64,000 nucleotides of DNA from Scyliorhinus canicula. Its lineage: Eukaryota. Positions within the stretch are counted from its first letter, which is position 1; each line of letters begins with the position of its first letter. Below, piece by piece: positions 62,540-64,000 of the stretch. The notes under the pieces are model-generated. The model ran no database searches. It was given only the letters and a program-made list of their open reading frames with translations, and was not told the DNA's origin. Both the position numbers and the translations under genes were made by a program. Location of the stretch: contig NC_052154.1 of assembly GCF_902713615.1 (NCBI RefSeq), forward strand, positions 92,449,030 to 92,513,029, in the 5' to 3' direction.

Positions 62540-62940
62540 TGTCTAAATAATTTATATAAACCACAAATAGAATGGCCCCAATACTAATGTTGGTCAGAAA
62601 TGATCTCCCCTTAACAAAAACCATGCTGACTATTCTTGATTAATCCATGCCTCTCAAAACTCAGCTTAATTCTGTCTCTCAGAATTGCTTTCAATAGTTT
62701 CCCCACCACTAAGGTTAGGCTGATTGGCCAGTATTTTACTAGTTTATCCCTTCCTTCATTCATGAATAATTGTACCACAATTGCTATCCTCAAATCCTCC
62801 AGCACCTCTCCTGTGGCCAGATAGGAATAGAAAATTATTGCCAGTGCCACTGTTATTTCCTCCCTTGAGTGACTCAGCAGCCTGCCACGCATTTTATCTG
62901 GCACAGGAGGTTGATCTACTTTTAAGCCTGCCAGAGCACT
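62540..62940 (-). mobile_element. CR1 RT fragment
   Basis: EVLEDLRIAIVVQLF…YWPISLTLVVGKLL…SQHGF. Confidence 0.75.
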
Positions 62941-63267
62941 CAGAACCTCCTCTCTGTCTATGTTAATTTCTTTGATTTGATCACAGTCCTTCTCCCGGAG
63001 TTATATACCCACATTATTTATCTTCTGGCTCCACAAAATTACCACTGTGGTCCTTAATGGTATCTACTCTTTCCCACATTATCCAGTTTCCCTTAATGAA
63101 TTTCTAAAATAACAAGATTTTTCTATATTTTACCTGCCAGTCCCCTTTCATGCCCTTTTTTGCTCTTCTAATTTCCTTTTTAAGTTCCCTCTTAGGCATT
63201 CTGTATGTCTCTATTGATCACATTTTTATCCTACCGTCAGTCTAACTCTGCTCCCATTATTGATTTC

Positions 63268-64000
63268 ATAAGAACATAAGAACTTGGAGCAGGAGTAGGC
63301 CATCTGGCCCCTCGAACCTGCTCCGCCATTCAATTAGATCATGGCTGATCTTTTGTGGACTCAGCTCCACTTTCCGGCCCGAACACCATAACCCTTAATC
63401 CCTTTATTCTTCAAAAAACTATCTATCTTTACCTTGAAAACATGTAATGAAGGAGCCTCAACTGCTTCACTGGGCAAGGAATTCCATAGATTCACAACCC
63501 TTTGGGTGAAGAAGTTTCTCCTAAACTCAGTCCTAAATCTACTTCCCCTTATTTTGAGGCTATGCCCCCGAGTTCTGCTGTCACCCGCCAGTGGAAACAA
63601 CCTGCCCGCATCTATCCTATCTATTCCCTTCATAATTTTAAATGTTTCTATAAGATCCCCCCTCATCCTTCTAAATTCCAACGAGTACAGTCCCAGGCTA
63701 CTCAACCTCTCCTCATAATCCAACCCCTTCAGCTCTGGGATTAACCTAGTGAATCTCCTCTGCACACCCTCCAGCGTCAGTACGTCCTTTCTCAAGTAAG
63801 GAGACCAAAACTGAACACAATACTCCAGGTGTGGCCGCACTAACACCTTATACAATTGCAACATAACCTCCCTAGTCTTAAACTCCATCCCTCTAGCAAT
63901 GAAGGACAAAATTCCATTTGCCTTCTTAATCACCTGTTGCACTTGTAAACCAACCTTCTGTGACTCATGCATTAGCACACCCAAGTCTCTCTGAACAGCG
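63268..64000 (-). mobile_element. CR1 RT 3' part, running off the window
   Basis: A 207-aa ORF almost identical to the C-terminus encoded at 36170-36791, with a (TTCTTATG)n tail. Confidence 0.92.

Overview
Eukaryotic, repeat-rich vertebrate DNA. It is most likely a cartilaginous fish (catshark-like), inferred from HE1-like tRNA SINEs and the CR1 LINEs that share their tails. The window covers part of a tandem cluster of Ig-superfamily receptor genes, all on +. (1) The last two cytoplasmic exons of an upstream inhibitory receptor carrying an ITIM and an ITSM (21-113, 969-1136). (2) A spliced leader / germline-joined VJ / C1 / TM gene (22603-29983) whose cytoplasmic exons I could not place. (3) A decayed extra C1 exon (27806-27880). 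(4) A leader+V pseudogene (53682-54175) that shares a 300-bp perfectly identical tract with gene 2 inside flanks that are only about 76% identical. The rest is mostly transposons: one intact full-length CR1 (40529-44753), several degenerate CR1s, three solo LTRs, RTE and L1/Tx1 remnants, a hAT-type MITE nested in a SINE nested in a LINE, many SINEs and a recent duplication of about 1 kb. The CR1 ORF1/ORF2 junctions carry a conserved TTTAAAC-TAA, a canonical -1 slippery heptamer. Most short ORFs in the supplied track are repeat artefacts. All alignments and translations were done by eye.
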